This document shows positions 21,111 to 30,942 of a stretch of DNA of 64,000 nt, piece after piece; within the stretch, counting starts at the first letter, position 1, and every line of letters starts with the position of its first letter. The stretch comes from Candidatus Latescibacterota bacterium. GTDB lineage: Bacteria; Latescibacterota; UBA2968. The stretch covers positions 2,272,001 to 2,336,000 of the forward strand of contig OZ241986.1 of the NCBI GenBank assembly GCA_965204375.1, read 5' to 3'. Both the position numbers and the translations under genes were made by a program. The notes below the pieces were generated by a model. That model did no database searches. It was not told where the DNA came from and saw nothing but the letters and a program-made list of their open reading frames with translations.

Positions 21111-22985
21111 TTAATAATCGAACAACTTCTGACAACTCTCGATTGCTCGGGCGAGATTGGCGTCCGAGAAGATGGAACGGTCGAGCTTTGGCTTCCATTC
21201 CGGGTTACTGCGAATCACTTCCTTCACACTCTCAACGGAAACCTCCTCCTCAACCTCACCTAATTCTTCAACCGCCATATCTACAGTCGTCAGCAATTCC
21301 AGATCGTTGTTCGTCTTGTATCGAAACTGTTCTAACCATTGGAGTACCTCGCTCCCATACCATCTATCAAAATAGCTCTCTGCTTCGTCAAAATTAGTAC
21401 TCGCGATAAACCCTTGCCCTTTGCCGCTTCTGTGTTGACGCACATAGTCTTTTTGAAGGGCGATTTTCTCCGGTCCCCCGTACCTCGTCTGTGGATTGTA
21501 CGGACCAGCCGCCTTTTTTATATAACCTTCAGCGTGGCCCTCCTTATGCCGATGAAGCAAATACGAGAGCTTGGTATAACGCATTCGGCCCAGAGGATAC
21601 TGTTCGTTACCGAAATGCTTGGCCAATACTGAAATCACGACTGCTTCGTTGAAGTGCCAGTTATGCTTCCTCCCAGCGGATCTTGCCGCTGCCAATTCCT
21701 CTGTCGTCGTCTCAGGCTGGACCAGCCGTATCCGACCAGTAAGAAGTTGCTGCATCATACTCTGCTTGACAGCGCGGGTCTTATCCCGGCGTTGTTCCAG
21801 CGCGGCGATCTCGGCATCCATGTCGGAGAGGACGGTAGCGAGAGCGAACTGTTCCTTTACTTGCGGTAGGTGTACCTCAAAATTCTGCATTACACCCCAG
21901 TCCGCTCTCGGCATGTGTGTTCCATAGGAAATACTTGCTGCTTCGATGAATTGGTCACTTTGAACAATGGCATGCAAGAAACCGCTGTCTGCCTGATGGG
22001 GATCGGTCATCAGCGGCCATATCTCAGTTGTACATATACCATCCCGATCAGAGAGCCAAAACTTGCGAAGATATGAGCGAAGCCGACCAAAGAGGACATC
22101 ACCAACAAAGAAACGATATTTGGACGATGTCGAGTGCTGTGCCGTAGAACACCCTAGCAACCGCCCACTGCCTTGCTCTATATGGTCAAGTTCCACACAG
22201 GGAGTATCTAAGGGCACATTTGAAGGTAGAATCTTATGATTACGAATGGAAACAAATTCTCCCAAGCGTTTCGTCTCCCATTCCCCACTAAAACCCGGCA
22301 GTCGGGTCTTGCCAGTGAGGAGTTGCTGCATAGCGGCCTGCTTGATGGCTCGCTTCTTGGCGATCAGTTCCTCCAGCGCCGCAAGCAATCCATCCACATC
22401 CGACAACGCCTCAGCGATGGCGCGTTGCTCACTTAGGGGGGGTAGTACAACATAGACTGCTTTTAAGATCTGCGTATTGAGCGAGGCCATGGTTTGACCA
22501 ACAGCAACACCACGAACTCGTTTCTTAAATGGTTCGGAGTGGAAGTGATAGCTGAGATAGGGAGGATATGTAGTGTTGTCTAATGTTCTTACCCTGAGCA
22601 GACGCCCAGAAAATAGCCAGCCGTCTTCTTTTTTTTTGACGAGTGAGTTGCGATCTACCGAGCCCACTCGGCTAAAAACAATATCGCCCGTACGAAGACC
22701 GTAACTCTTTAAGCGAGATCTGTCTGTATCAGAGACCAAGGGTAGATTATGGTGGATGATACCATGCTCGCTCAGATGCTCAACTGTGATTATCGGTGTA
22801 CCATCGTCGGCATAATCGCGTTCATGCAATGCGGATCCAAATGGTCCAGTTTTCACATCCGCAACTGAGGATATTGCCTCAACGCTCCAGTCTTGGGGTA
22901 TGACTCCAATGTCACTTCGTTTATGTACATTGATCATATTATCGTCAACAGGCTGGAAGTCCTGTTGGATCTCAGTAGTATTCAT
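21111..22985 (-). CDS. hsdS: Type I R-M specificity subunit with a ~200-aa C-terminal extension
   Basis: Two TRDs with conserved spacers (PPLSEQRAIAEALSDVD, MQQLLTG twice); extra domain after GRIRLV. Confidence 0.93.
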   Translation of the reverse strand: MNTTEIQQDFQPVDDNMINVHKRSDIGVIPQDWSVEAISSVADVKTGPFGSALHERDYADDGTPIITVEHLSEHGIIHHNLPLVSDTDRSRLKSYGLRTGDIVFSRVGSVDRNSLVKKKEDGWLFSGRLLRVRTLDNTTYPPYLSYHFHSEPFKKRVRGVAVGQTMASLNTQILKAVYVVLPPLSEQRAIAEALSDVDGLLAALEELIAKKRAIKQAAMQQLLTGKTRLPGFSGEWETKRLGEFVSIRNHKILPSNVPLDTPCVELDHIEQGSGRLLGCSTAQHSTSSKYRFFVGDVLFGRLRSYLRKFWLSDRDGICTTEIWPLMTDPHQADSGFLHAIVQSDQFIEAASISYGTHMPRADWGVMQNFEVHLPQVKEQFALATVLSDMDAEIAALEQRRDKTRAVKQSMMQQLLTGRIRLVQPETTTEELAAARSAGRKHNWHFNEAVVISVLAKHFGNEQYPLGRMRYTKLSYLLHRHKEGHAEGYIKKAAGPYNPQTRYGGPEKIALQKDYVRQHRSGKGQGFIASTNFDEAESYFDRWYGSEVLQWLEQFRYKTNNDLELLTTVDMAVEELGEVEEEVSVESVKEVIRSNPEWKPKLDRSIFSDANLARAIESCQKLFDY

Positions 22986-23038
22986 CCTTGCTCCGCCTCT
23001 ATCTTCTTTAAATGTTCCTCAACCCTCGTGCTAAACGC
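22982..23038 (-). pseudogene. Relic of an alternative hsdM 3' end
   Basis: Reads AFSTRVEEHLKKIEAEQG* (HsdM ends DFSAKVEGHLKKMGIVM*); its TGA overlaps the hsdS ATG (ATGA). Confidence 0.75.
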
Positions 23039-23093
23039 TAAAATAAGCCACTGCAAAGTGTCAATCGCCAGTGTTCCTCCACCTCAACCTATA

Positions 23094-23939
23094 CTATCCT
23101 TGGCACAACTCAGCTATCATCGCCGCATTTTCCCCAAGTTGGTCATTGAATTTTTGATACATGCCCACCAGAAGAACATCATCGGGCTTTATATTTTTGA
23201 GGGTAAAAGCAAACTCTTCGCGGATCTGATTCTTGGAGTTAATAGCGCGTCCAGCCGCGAGAACTTTGAAAGTAATACACGGCTTATCAGTGCTGCGAAT
23301 AATACCACACATGCGGTCGCGGTGTTCGCGGAGATAGATTTCACTCAGGGGTTGATGACCAAATTTTTGTTCAAATTCTTCGCGTGCGCCCTGCAAATAA
23401 TACAGCGCGGTCATGTAATAGTCGATATCCCAATCTTCTTCTTCGGCAATCTCAATAATGCGGGGATTGTGTACCGACAGCCCGACCATAACCCCCGTGT
23501 TGCGAATGCGCTTGAGAATATCTCGCAGATAATCCAGGCGATTTTCCTGAAAACATCGCCCGGCAACACCGCTCCCATGGGGCGCCATACCAATGGGATT
23601 GTGTTTGGCGGCTTCGTCGATCAGTGAGGGATCGTCATACCAGTGTCCCCCCCTACTGAGACAGAAGTAATGAATCGTCCCCCCTTCATCCCGGTATCGC
23701 TGAAGATCGGCTGCCGAGCGTTCGGTAAGCGTATTTTGCCAGGCGTTAATACCCACCTCTTCTGCGCGGCGCAAAGTCGCCATAACCTGATCGGATGTAT
23801 TGGCTTCTTGCTGATGCTGTGAGAGCAATTGATTAAAATGAGCATACCCGTAGATCGGATTGTCGCCCATGATAAGACGGCTGATCTGATATTGTCCAAA
23901 TTGAACCTTTGGAAGATTTATCGCATTTGATACGGACAT
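23094..23939 (-). CDS. Aldo/keto-reductase-like TIM-barrel protein
   Basis: LPKVQFG..ISRLIMG, GLSVH, KPCITFKVLAAGR, LVGM; GAAGGAG RBS. Confidence 0.65.
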   Translation of the reverse strand: MSVSNAINLPKVQFGQYQISRLIMGDNPIYGYAHFNQLLSQHQQEANTSDQVMATLRRAEEVGINAWQNTLTERSAADLQRYRDEGGTIHYFCLSRGGHWYDDPSLIDEAAKHNPIGMAPHGSGVAGRCFQENRLDYLRDILKRIRNTGVMVGLSVHNPRIIEIAEEEDWDIDYYMTALYYLQGAREEFEQKFGHQPLSEIYLREHRDRMCGIIRSTDKPCITFKVLAAGRAINSKNQIREEFAFTLKNIKPDDVLLVGMYQKFNDQLGENAAMIAELCQG

Positions 23940-23965
23940 GTTATTTCTCCTTCGTTTTACTTACT

Positions 23966-24127
23966 GGTCTGCGAAAAAATTTGACTGTAAGACTGGATTG
24001 CGGCTAACACCATGCCGCAATGACAACCGTCGTTCGTCACGCCCCTGCTTAAGGCGTACAAGGGCAGGCTCTGCATGTTTTAAGCAGGCGTCCAGTGGAT
24101 TAAAGTAAGAAATTTATTTGACGAATC
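23966..24127. mobile_element. MITE-like element with REP-type palindromes, copy 1
   Basis: 51-bp core (23990-24040) 46/51 identical to 42304-42354; imperfect terminal IRs; flanked by ACTTAC direct repeats (23959-23964, 24128-24133). Confidence 0.65.
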
Positions 24128-24129
24128 AC

Positions 24130-26565
24130 TTACATCACGATCCCCATCTTCTTCAAATGCCCTTCGACCTTCGCGCTGAAATCATCCACCTCTCGCTCCA
24201 ACTCTGGAAGCGGACGGGCGTAGCGCTCATCCAATTCTTTTATCCGTCCAGTGAGGTGCTGCGTAAGCCGCTGCACCTCTTCCTGAATATCGGCATAGAT
24301 ACTTGCGAACCACTTGTCCTCAACCATCAGCGTCTTGATCTCAGCCTCGGTGAGTTTTGCGTAATGAATCAGTACCTTTTGATCCAGCGCAGACTGACTT
24401 TCCCTCACAGCCTTACTCGCCCTGGACTCCGCCCCAATCAGTTCCACACAGCGCGTGAGCGCATCCCGTTCCTCATCACTATCCGGTTCGTCCCGAATGA
24501 TTTTAAGCCGCGTCGTCACTCCGGTCTTAGTGACCTTGCCTTTGTCGTTGGTAGCGTCCTGCAGCAAACCCTCCTCACCCGTGTGCTCTTCGACAAATTC
24601 CTCCAACTCGCGGGACGCAGTCTCTTGATCGGCTTGTAGTGTTTCGATGGCCGCCTGATCTGTGGCAAAGTAGCGCGCGACAATCAACCCCGGAGGAATC
24701 AGATCCATTTTATACTTATTCCGCTTAATAGTCAAATCCGGCTTCTCTTTGATCTTCTTTTCCTTATCCTCAATAATCCCGCGCGGCTTGGCGGCCTCGG
24801 TCCAACCATCGTCGGCAATGAGATACACAGCGTCCTGCATCACGTCATCCCAATAGTCCATCAGCCGCTGGTAAATATCGTAAGTATCGAGCAGCGGCAG
24901 ATCGGCGAAACGCGCGAGTAAGTCTTCCGACAAAGTATGGATAATATCCCTGGGATTGTCACCTCTCTCAAGCCCCTTGAGAAGCGGCTCATGGGTTTCC
25001 CGCCAACCATCCAGCACATCCGAGACCTGCTTCATGTAGCACTTGAACTCGTCGTGGTCGAGAATAGCATCCTTCACCGTCTCAACCCTGGCCTCGCTAT
25101 AGCCTGCGCGGCCATTGCCGACAAATAATGCCTGACGCAACGAGGGGAAAACCTCCCAATACTCACCGAGCGCGTTCAGATCTCGGTTAGGAATACCACC
25201 GTGCAGATGCGCGTTCAGATCGTGCAAATCCTCCGACTCGCTGGAGTCAATATAACGCGGGATATTGAGGTTGTAGTCATTAGCAGGACTGGCGACCTCG
25301 GCTATCGGCACCATGCGGGAATAGCGCAACAACTCGGTCTGCTTGTTGAACACATCGACGATCCGGTGGATATCCTGTGCACGCAAGCGGTTCTTATTGC
25401 CATCCTTGAGAAACCCCTTACTCGCATCGATCATAAAGATACCCGTACGGGCATGTGCATTCTCCTTATCAATGACCAGGATGCACGCGGGAATGCCGGT
25501 GCCATAGAACAAATTAGCAGGCAGGCCGATGACACCTTTGATAAAGCCACGCTCGATGAGATTTTTGCGGATATCCGCCTCCTTATTACCGCGGAACAAT
25601 ACGCCGTGCGGCATAATGATCGCACCCTTGCCTCTGCTTTTGAGCGACGTAATGAGATGAAGGAGAAAGGCGTAGTCGCCATTCTTTGCCGGGGGAATAC
25701 CGTACTCAAAGCACCCGTACTCGTCGTGCTCTGGATTGAGGCCACTGGACCATGCCTTGGCGGAAAAAGGCGGATTAGCGACGGCAAAGTCAAAGGTCCT
25801 GAGATTGTCATAAGGATTCTTAAAATACGGAGCAGCCAGCGTGTTGCCATTATACAACTCGGCGGTTGGATGTCCGTGCAGGATCATATTCATCCGCGCG
25901 AGCGACCATGTGGCATTGTCCATCTCCTGCCCGTAGATGGTGATGCCATTTGGTGCCTCGTCCGCGGCCTTGAGCAACAGTGAGCCAGAGCCACAGGTCG
26001 GATCGTAAATCGTCTCGTCCTGACGGGTATCTGGCCCAATACCCACCACCTTCGCCATAATCCGCGACACTTCAGACGGCGTATAAAACTGCCCCTTACT
26101 CTTACCGGACTCGGTGGCAAAGTGCATCATCAGGTACTCGTAAGCATCGCCTAACAGGTCATCGCCCTCGGCCCTATTACCGCGAAGGTCAAGGCCCTCA
26201 AATATGGCGACCAACTTCGACAGCCGGTCCTGCATCTCCTTACCCGCACCCAACTTGCTCTCATCATTGAAGTCGGCCAGATCAATGACGCCCTGAAGAT
26301 CGTTGGCCTCGGCGAGACGGCTGATGATCTTATTAATTTTATCGCCGATCTCCTTGTCGCCCTTCAGTTCTACCATATCGGCGAAACCACCCCCATAGGG
26401 CACTTCAATAAGCGCGTCTGGATCGCCCGCGTACCTGTCCGAGATATATTTCATGAACAACAGAGTCAGCACATAGTCCTTGTACTGCGAAGCGTCCATA
26501 CCACCGCGCAACTCATCGCAACTTTGCCAGAGTGATGAATAGAGTTGTGATTTCTTTATAGCCAT
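24130..26565 (-). CDS. hsdM: Type I R-M methyltransferase subunit M (m6A)
   Basis: LWQSCDELRGGMDASQYKDY, GQFYTP, DPTCGSGSLL, NPPF, PHGVLFRG. Confidence 0.97.
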   Translation of the reverse strand: MAIKKSQLYSSLWQSCDELRGGMDASQYKDYVLTLLFMKYISDRYAGDPDALIEVPYGGGFADMVELKGDKEIGDKINKIISRLAEANDLQGVIDLADFNDESKLGAGKEMQDRLSKLVAIFEGLDLRGNRAEGDDLLGDAYEYLMMHFATESGKSKGQFYTPSEVSRIMAKVVGIGPDTRQDETIYDPTCGSGSLLLKAADEAPNGITIYGQEMDNATWSLARMNMILHGHPTAELYNGNTLAAPYFKNPYDNLRTFDFAVANPPFSAKAWSSGLNPEHDEYGCFEYGIPPAKNGDYAFLLHLITSLKSRGKGAIIMPHGVLFRGNKEADIRKNLIERGFIKGVIGLPANLFYGTGIPACILVIDKENAHARTGIFMIDASKGFLKDGNKNRLRAQDIHRIVDVFNKQTELLRYSRMVPIAEVASPANDYNLNIPRYIDSSESEDLHDLNAHLHGGIPNRDLNALGEYWEVFPSLRQALFVGNGRAGYSEARVETVKDAILDHDEFKCYMKQVSDVLDGWRETHEPLLKGLERGDNPRDIIHTLSEDLLARFADLPLLDTYDIYQRLMDYWDDVMQDAVYLIADDGWTEAAKPRGIIEDKEKKIKEKPDLTIKRNKYKMDLIPPGLIVARYFATDQAAIETLQADQETASRELEEFVEEHTGEEGLLQDATNDKGKVTKTGVTTRLKIIRDEPDSDEERDALTRCVELIGAESRASKAVRESQSALDQKVLIHYAKLTEAEIKTLMVEDKWFASIYADIQEEVQRLTQHLTGRIKELDERYARPLPELEREVDDFSAKVEGHLKKMGIVM

Positions 26566-26591
26566 TTCTCAGTCCTCTTACATCAAGCATC

Positions 26592-27659
26592 TCAATCAAA
26601 CACCAGCACCGTGCGCGCCACCTTCCCCTGAACCATATCTTCAAAAGCCTCATTGATCTCATCCAGCGGACGAAAGCGCGATATCAACTCATCCAATTTA
26701 ATCTTTCCCTGCCGATAGAGATCCAGAATCCACAAAAAATCAACGCGAGCGCGGGCAGCACCGTGCCACGAACCCATAATAGCGCGGTCGCGCAAAAGAT
26801 CTGTGCCATCGATAGATATATCCTCCCCAGTCGGCTGCACCCCCACCACAATTGCGGTCCCAGTCATCCGAACCGACGCGAACGCCTGCTTCACGAGCGC
26901 TGGAAAACCAACGACCTCAAACGCATAATCTGCCCCACCGCCCGTAATCTCCATAATTCTTTGAACCGGGTCCTCCCTATCCGCATTCACAAAATGCGTC
27001 GCCCCAAACTGTTCCGCCAACTCCAGCTTATACGGCACATTATCCACCGCGATAATCTTCCCCGCCGAAGCGAGAACACCGCCCTGAATAACATTGAGAC
27101 CGACCCCCCCACAGCCGAACACAGCCATTGTCGCGCCCGCTTCGACCTTCGCGCGATTCACCACCGCGCCGATACCCGTAATCACCCCACAACTGATCAG
27201 ACACGCGATCCGAAGATCTGTATCATCCGGCACCTTCACACACGCATCCGCCAACACAACCGACTGCTCGGTATAAGTGGGCCGCCCGTGGTGATAAACC
27301 GTCCCATTCTTGGAAATCCGACTCGGCACACCCCCTGGATGGGTTTCACAAAGCGCCGGACTGCCCTCGCTGCAATTACGGCAATAGCCGCACATCGCAT
27401 CGAGAGAGAGAACAATCTTGTCCCCAACCTGAACACTGGTCACGCTGGGACCGACTTCTCTCACCACACCCGCGCCCTCGTGCCCCATAACCCAGGGAAG
27501 TGCGCGAGGCCTGACATGCCCATCCACATAGTGATAATCGCTGTGACAAACACCCGCGCCCACGATATCGAGAAGCACCTCTCCCTCATGAGGAGATTCG
27601 ATATCCACATCTTCGACAGAAACACGAGTGTGTGGCTTGTGAAGAATAGCTGCTTTCAT
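26592..27659 (-). CDS. Zn-dependent alcohol dehydrogenase (class III-like)
   Basis: GVCHSD, GHEG, CGYCRNC...C, SCGVITG, GCGGVG. Confidence 0.93.
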   Translation of the reverse strand: MKAAILHKPHTRVSVEDVDIESPHEGEVLLDIVGAGVCHSDYHYVDGHVRPRALPWVMGHEGAGVVREVGPSVTSVQVGDKIVLSLDAMCGYCRNCSEGSPALCETHPGGVPSRISKNGTVYHHGRPTYTEQSVVLADACVKVPDDTDLRIACLISCGVITGIGAVVNRAKVEAGATMAVFGCGGVGLNVIQGGVLASAGKIIAVDNVPYKLELAEQFGATHFVNADREDPVQRIMEITGGGADYAFEVVGFPALVKQAFASVRMTGTAIVVGVQPTGEDISIDGTDLLRDRAIMGSWHGAARARVDFLWILDLYRQGKIKLDELISRFRPLDEINEAFEDMVQGKVARTVLVFD

Positions 27660-27675
27660 TTTTTAACTCCTATGG

Positions 27676-28989
27676 CTAAAAATCCAAAGGCTCCAAATCC
27701 CCTTCCAAAAGTGCCGCCCAGGCGAGCAACTCCTCGTCGCAGTGAAACGGGGCGATAAACTGAATGCCGAGGGGCATTCCCGAATCGGACGCTCGCCCCG
27801 CGGGCAAAGCGATCACCGGCATACCCGTGTGAGTCCACGGCAAATTCATACAGGGATCGCCCGTACTCGCCAGACCTTTCAAAGCCGCACCCGTCGCCGC
27901 CGGACAGGCAAGAAGATCAACTCCCTCTGCCTGCATCAAAGACTCGACCTCATCGCGCAACTCGATGCGACCAACCCGACCCGCATCGATCTCGGATTGC
28001 GAAAGCGCGCGCCCCTCCTCGACCAGCGCGCGCGTACCCGCGTCATAAGTCGAAGCGTATTTATCGAACCACGGCGCGTGAACCTCCGCCATCTCCCCCT
28101 TCATCATATTTCGGTGCCGGTCATCGATATCGGCAATATCGTCGAACATCTGAATTTCTATGACATTGTACCCTGCCACTCGCAGAGCCTGTACCTGCGC
28201 GTCGAAATCCGCCCGCGCCCGTGGTTCTGTTTGATCCAGATAGGGACCCACAGGTATGCCTAAAGTTGGCTTTTCCGACCTCGCAACAGAAGCGCGCCAT
28301 CCGCCACACAGAACAGCAGCCGCCATCTCCATACCCGCAACATCCTGCGTAAACATCCCAATCGTATCGACCGACGGAGAGCAGTGAACAAATCCGGAAA
28401 TATCAATACGCGCATAACTCGGCTTAAAACCGACAATCCCGCAAAACGCGGCCGGGCGGATAACTGAGCCAATAGTCTGCGAACCGAGCGCAAGAGGACA
28501 ATACCCGGCCGCCACCGCAGCAGCCGAACCACTACTCGATCCACCAGGCGTAAAACTCAGATCCCGGGGATTGCGCGTTGGTCCCGGCTTAAAGCACGCA
28601 AACTCAGTCGTAACCGATTTGCCGAGCACCAGAGCACCCGCCTCCCGCAACGCCTTTATGCACCCACCTTCAGGACCCGTGAGAACCTCTGGCGGCACAC
28701 CCGAGCCTGCCCGCGTCTCAAATCCCTCAACATGAAAAATATCTTTAACCGCAACCAGAGTACCGAACAACGGCGGAATCTCACCACTGCGCGCAAGCCC
28801 GGCAGCATCATCCAACAGGCGTTTCAGGCGATTCGCTTCCGACAACATAGCCAGGATATCCTCGTCCCATTCATCAATGCGTTTGCAACACGCCGCAACG
28901 TACGCCTGCAAATCCCGCTGTCCAGAACGCAACTCAGCAGCGGTTTGAGCCAGCGGATGCGCCGTTGTTTTTTTACTCTTCATTTGCAT
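27676..28989 (-). CDS. Amidase-signature family enzyme
   Basis: VAVKD, PGGSSSGSAAAVAAG, GSQTIGSVIRPAAFCG. Confidence 0.93.
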   Translation of the reverse strand: MQMKSKKTTAHPLAQTAAELRSGQRDLQAYVAACCKRIDEWDEDILAMLSEANRLKRLLDDAAGLARSGEIPPLFGTLVAVKDIFHVEGFETRAGSGVPPEVLTGPEGGCIKALREAGALVLGKSVTTEFACFKPGPTRNPRDLSFTPGGSSSGSAAAVAAGYCPLALGSQTIGSVIRPAAFCGIVGFKPSYARIDISGFVHCSPSVDTIGMFTQDVAGMEMAAAVLCGGWRASVARSEKPTLGIPVGPYLDQTEPRARADFDAQVQALRVAGYNVIEIQMFDDIADIDDRHRNMMKGEMAEVHAPWFDKYASTYDAGTRALVEEGRALSQSEIDAGRVGRIELRDEVESLMQAEGVDLLACPAATGAALKGLASTGDPCMNLPWTHTGMPVIALPAGRASDSGMPLGIQFIAPFHCDEELLAWAALLEGDLEPLDF

Positions 28990-29001
28990 AATCCCCCAAA
29001 A

Positions 29002-30933
29002 CTACCAACCATTAATCTTATGGCCCTGGCCGGGAAACCAGATAAAATCCACAATAGCACCGCAGGCAATAGCCGCTAAAAAACCGACCACGAACCCCAT
29101 AAAAAGCGGTGTATTGCGCCGGTAACTCTCAAGACCGCCAAAGCGCAAAATCAATGTCTTGCACACCCACACAATAAAAATCGACGAAATACCACTGCGC
29201 AAAACATCGGATGCCGAAATCGCAAAACCGATAGGATGCAACGCAATCCCCGGAAAACGGTAGCGAAGCGCGTACAGCCCCAGCGTAAAAATCGCGCCAA
29301 ACCCCAGCCACCCCAGACGCATCCAGTCCGTCTCTAACGCATTACTCCGAATGCGATTGGCAGTCAAAAGCCACACCCCAATCCCCCCATCGCCCGAGCC
29401 ATTAAAACTCACACTGCCAAAATTATAACTCCCCACCGTGTAATTGCCCTGATAAATGATAAACATAAAAACCGCCAGCGCGCCAGCGATAAACGCCATG
29501 CCCACAGCAGATGGCACGAGCCTCCGACCACTGCGCCCCATTGCCTGCCCAAGACGCGGAATATGCGCCAGCGTTGTCACGCCAATCGTCTTTGCATCGG
29601 CAAAAAACGTGTACGCCAGACCGAGCGCCATCGCATGCATCGGCCCAACACCCGTTATCCCCAAAACATGCCAGGTAAAAGCCTGTGCAGTAATCGGCGT
29701 TCTTAAATAAATCAGACCAGTCTCCACAATAATGCGCGCCAGCCCGAGGTAAAGCACCAGCGTGGCACTCCAAAAAGCCAGTGCTGCCCACCCCGAAAGC
29801 CCGAGTTCCCAGAAGAATAACACACTGAACAGAACACAACCCAGAAAGATAAACACCGCCGTGCGATACGAAAAAAGCTCACCCGAATCATCCACATCGC
29901 CCGCACGCGAAGTAAACGCCTTCCGAAAAACCGCAGACAAATGATCTCGCGCAACCCACAGCCCCCATAATACAAATGCCAGCAAGCCGCCAAAACTCTG
30001 CCATCCCACGGCAGGATGATAAGAACACCACGGATCGGACGACCCCATCTCAAATCCCAAACGATTCATCAGCCCCACTTGCAGCACCATCACCAGATGG
30101 AAAAACCAGATGCTAAACAGCACATTGGACTCTGTAAAATAGCCAAACGCAATCGTCAGGGGATTTGTCTTAAATCGCAGATATGGAAATCCCTCCCCGA
30201 TAAAAATTTGCCGATCAATATTCGCCTGAAGCGGCGGAATCAACTCGGTAAACCAGGAAACGATATCCCATCCAAACAGAAAAAGAGCGACAAAAAAACC
30301 GATCTTAAAACGCGGATTGCGCAACAATTCCATCAGCGCGCCCCGCTGCCCGTGCTCGCCAGTAAGTTCCAGAAGACCAGCAGCCAGAGGAAAAGGCAAA
30401 CGCTCGTAATCCATCCACTGCCGCCGAAACACCACCATAAGACACAAATTGGCGGCATAAAACGCCAAAAAGAAACATCCCCACCAGAAGAGAGGAACGA
30501 TCCAGCTACCCCACGGAAAAGCCGCCCCTGCCGGCAACCCCTCGTAAAAAGCAACCGCAGCGTGGTGATCGGAAACAACAGACCAATTGGACAAACGCGT
30601 AAGCAGTGTATCGGCCCAGCCATTTTCGGGAGAGGCAAAATAAATCGGTGCCGTAATCACACCGAGAAAATATCCCGCGAGCCACTCGCCCTGCGTTAGG
30701 GCAGAAACCATCCCCATCGAAGCGATGAGGATAAGCTCAGAAGGCGTAAGCCCCTTACTTTTGCGAGAAAAATAGAGGTTGACCAACAGCAATAAGAGAA
30801 AAGGTAGGAGAATTGCAACGGAGAGATGCGCGTAATCTGCGCGCGCAGATCGGAGGATATACGTGGTATAAGAAGGCCATAAACTAACGAGAACAGATAT
30901 GAACAACCCGATGAGAAAGGCGCGTACCGTCAT
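29002..30933 (-). CDS. DUF6785/DUF6784-like polytopic membrane protein (putative transporter)
   Basis: Many TM segments; RRQWMDYERLPFPL, LARIIVETG, HPIGF, LILRFGG; paralog of the gene at 1..292. Confidence 0.75.
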   Translation of the reverse strand: MTVRAFLIGLFISVLVSLWPSYTTYILRSARADYAHLSVAILLPFLLLLLVNLYFSRKSKGLTPSELILIASMGMVSALTQGEWLAGYFLGVITAPIYFASPENGWADTLLTRLSNWSVVSDHHAAVAFYEGLPAGAAFPWGSWIVPLFWWGCFFLAFYAANLCLMVVFRRQWMDYERLPFPLAAGLLELTGEHGQRGALMELLRNPRFKIGFFVALFLFGWDIVSWFTELIPPLQANIDRQIFIGEGFPYLRFKTNPLTIAFGYFTESNVLFSIWFFHLVMVLQVGLMNRLGFEMGSSDPWCSYHPAVGWQSFGGLLAFVLWGLWVARDHLSAVFRKAFTSRAGDVDDSGELFSYRTAVFIFLGCVLFSVLFFWELGLSGWAALAFWSATLVLYLGLARIIVETGLIYLRTPITAQAFTWHVLGITGVGPMHAMALGLAYTFFADAKTIGVTTLAHIPRLGQAMGRSGRRLVPSAVGMAFIAGALAVFMFIIYQGNYTVGSYNFGSVSFNGSGDGGIGVWLLTANRIRSNALETDWMRLGWLGFGAIFTLGLYALRYRFPGIALHPIGFAISASDVLRSGISSIFIVWVCKTLILRFGGLESYRRNTPLFMGFVVGFLAAIACGAIVDFIWFPGQGHKINGW

Positions 30934-30942
30934 AAAGCATCC

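Noticed and set aside
21111-22985. Phase-variable hsdS shufflon
   Set aside because: Only one hsdS, no silent TRDs, no invertase, no flanking inverted repeats seen
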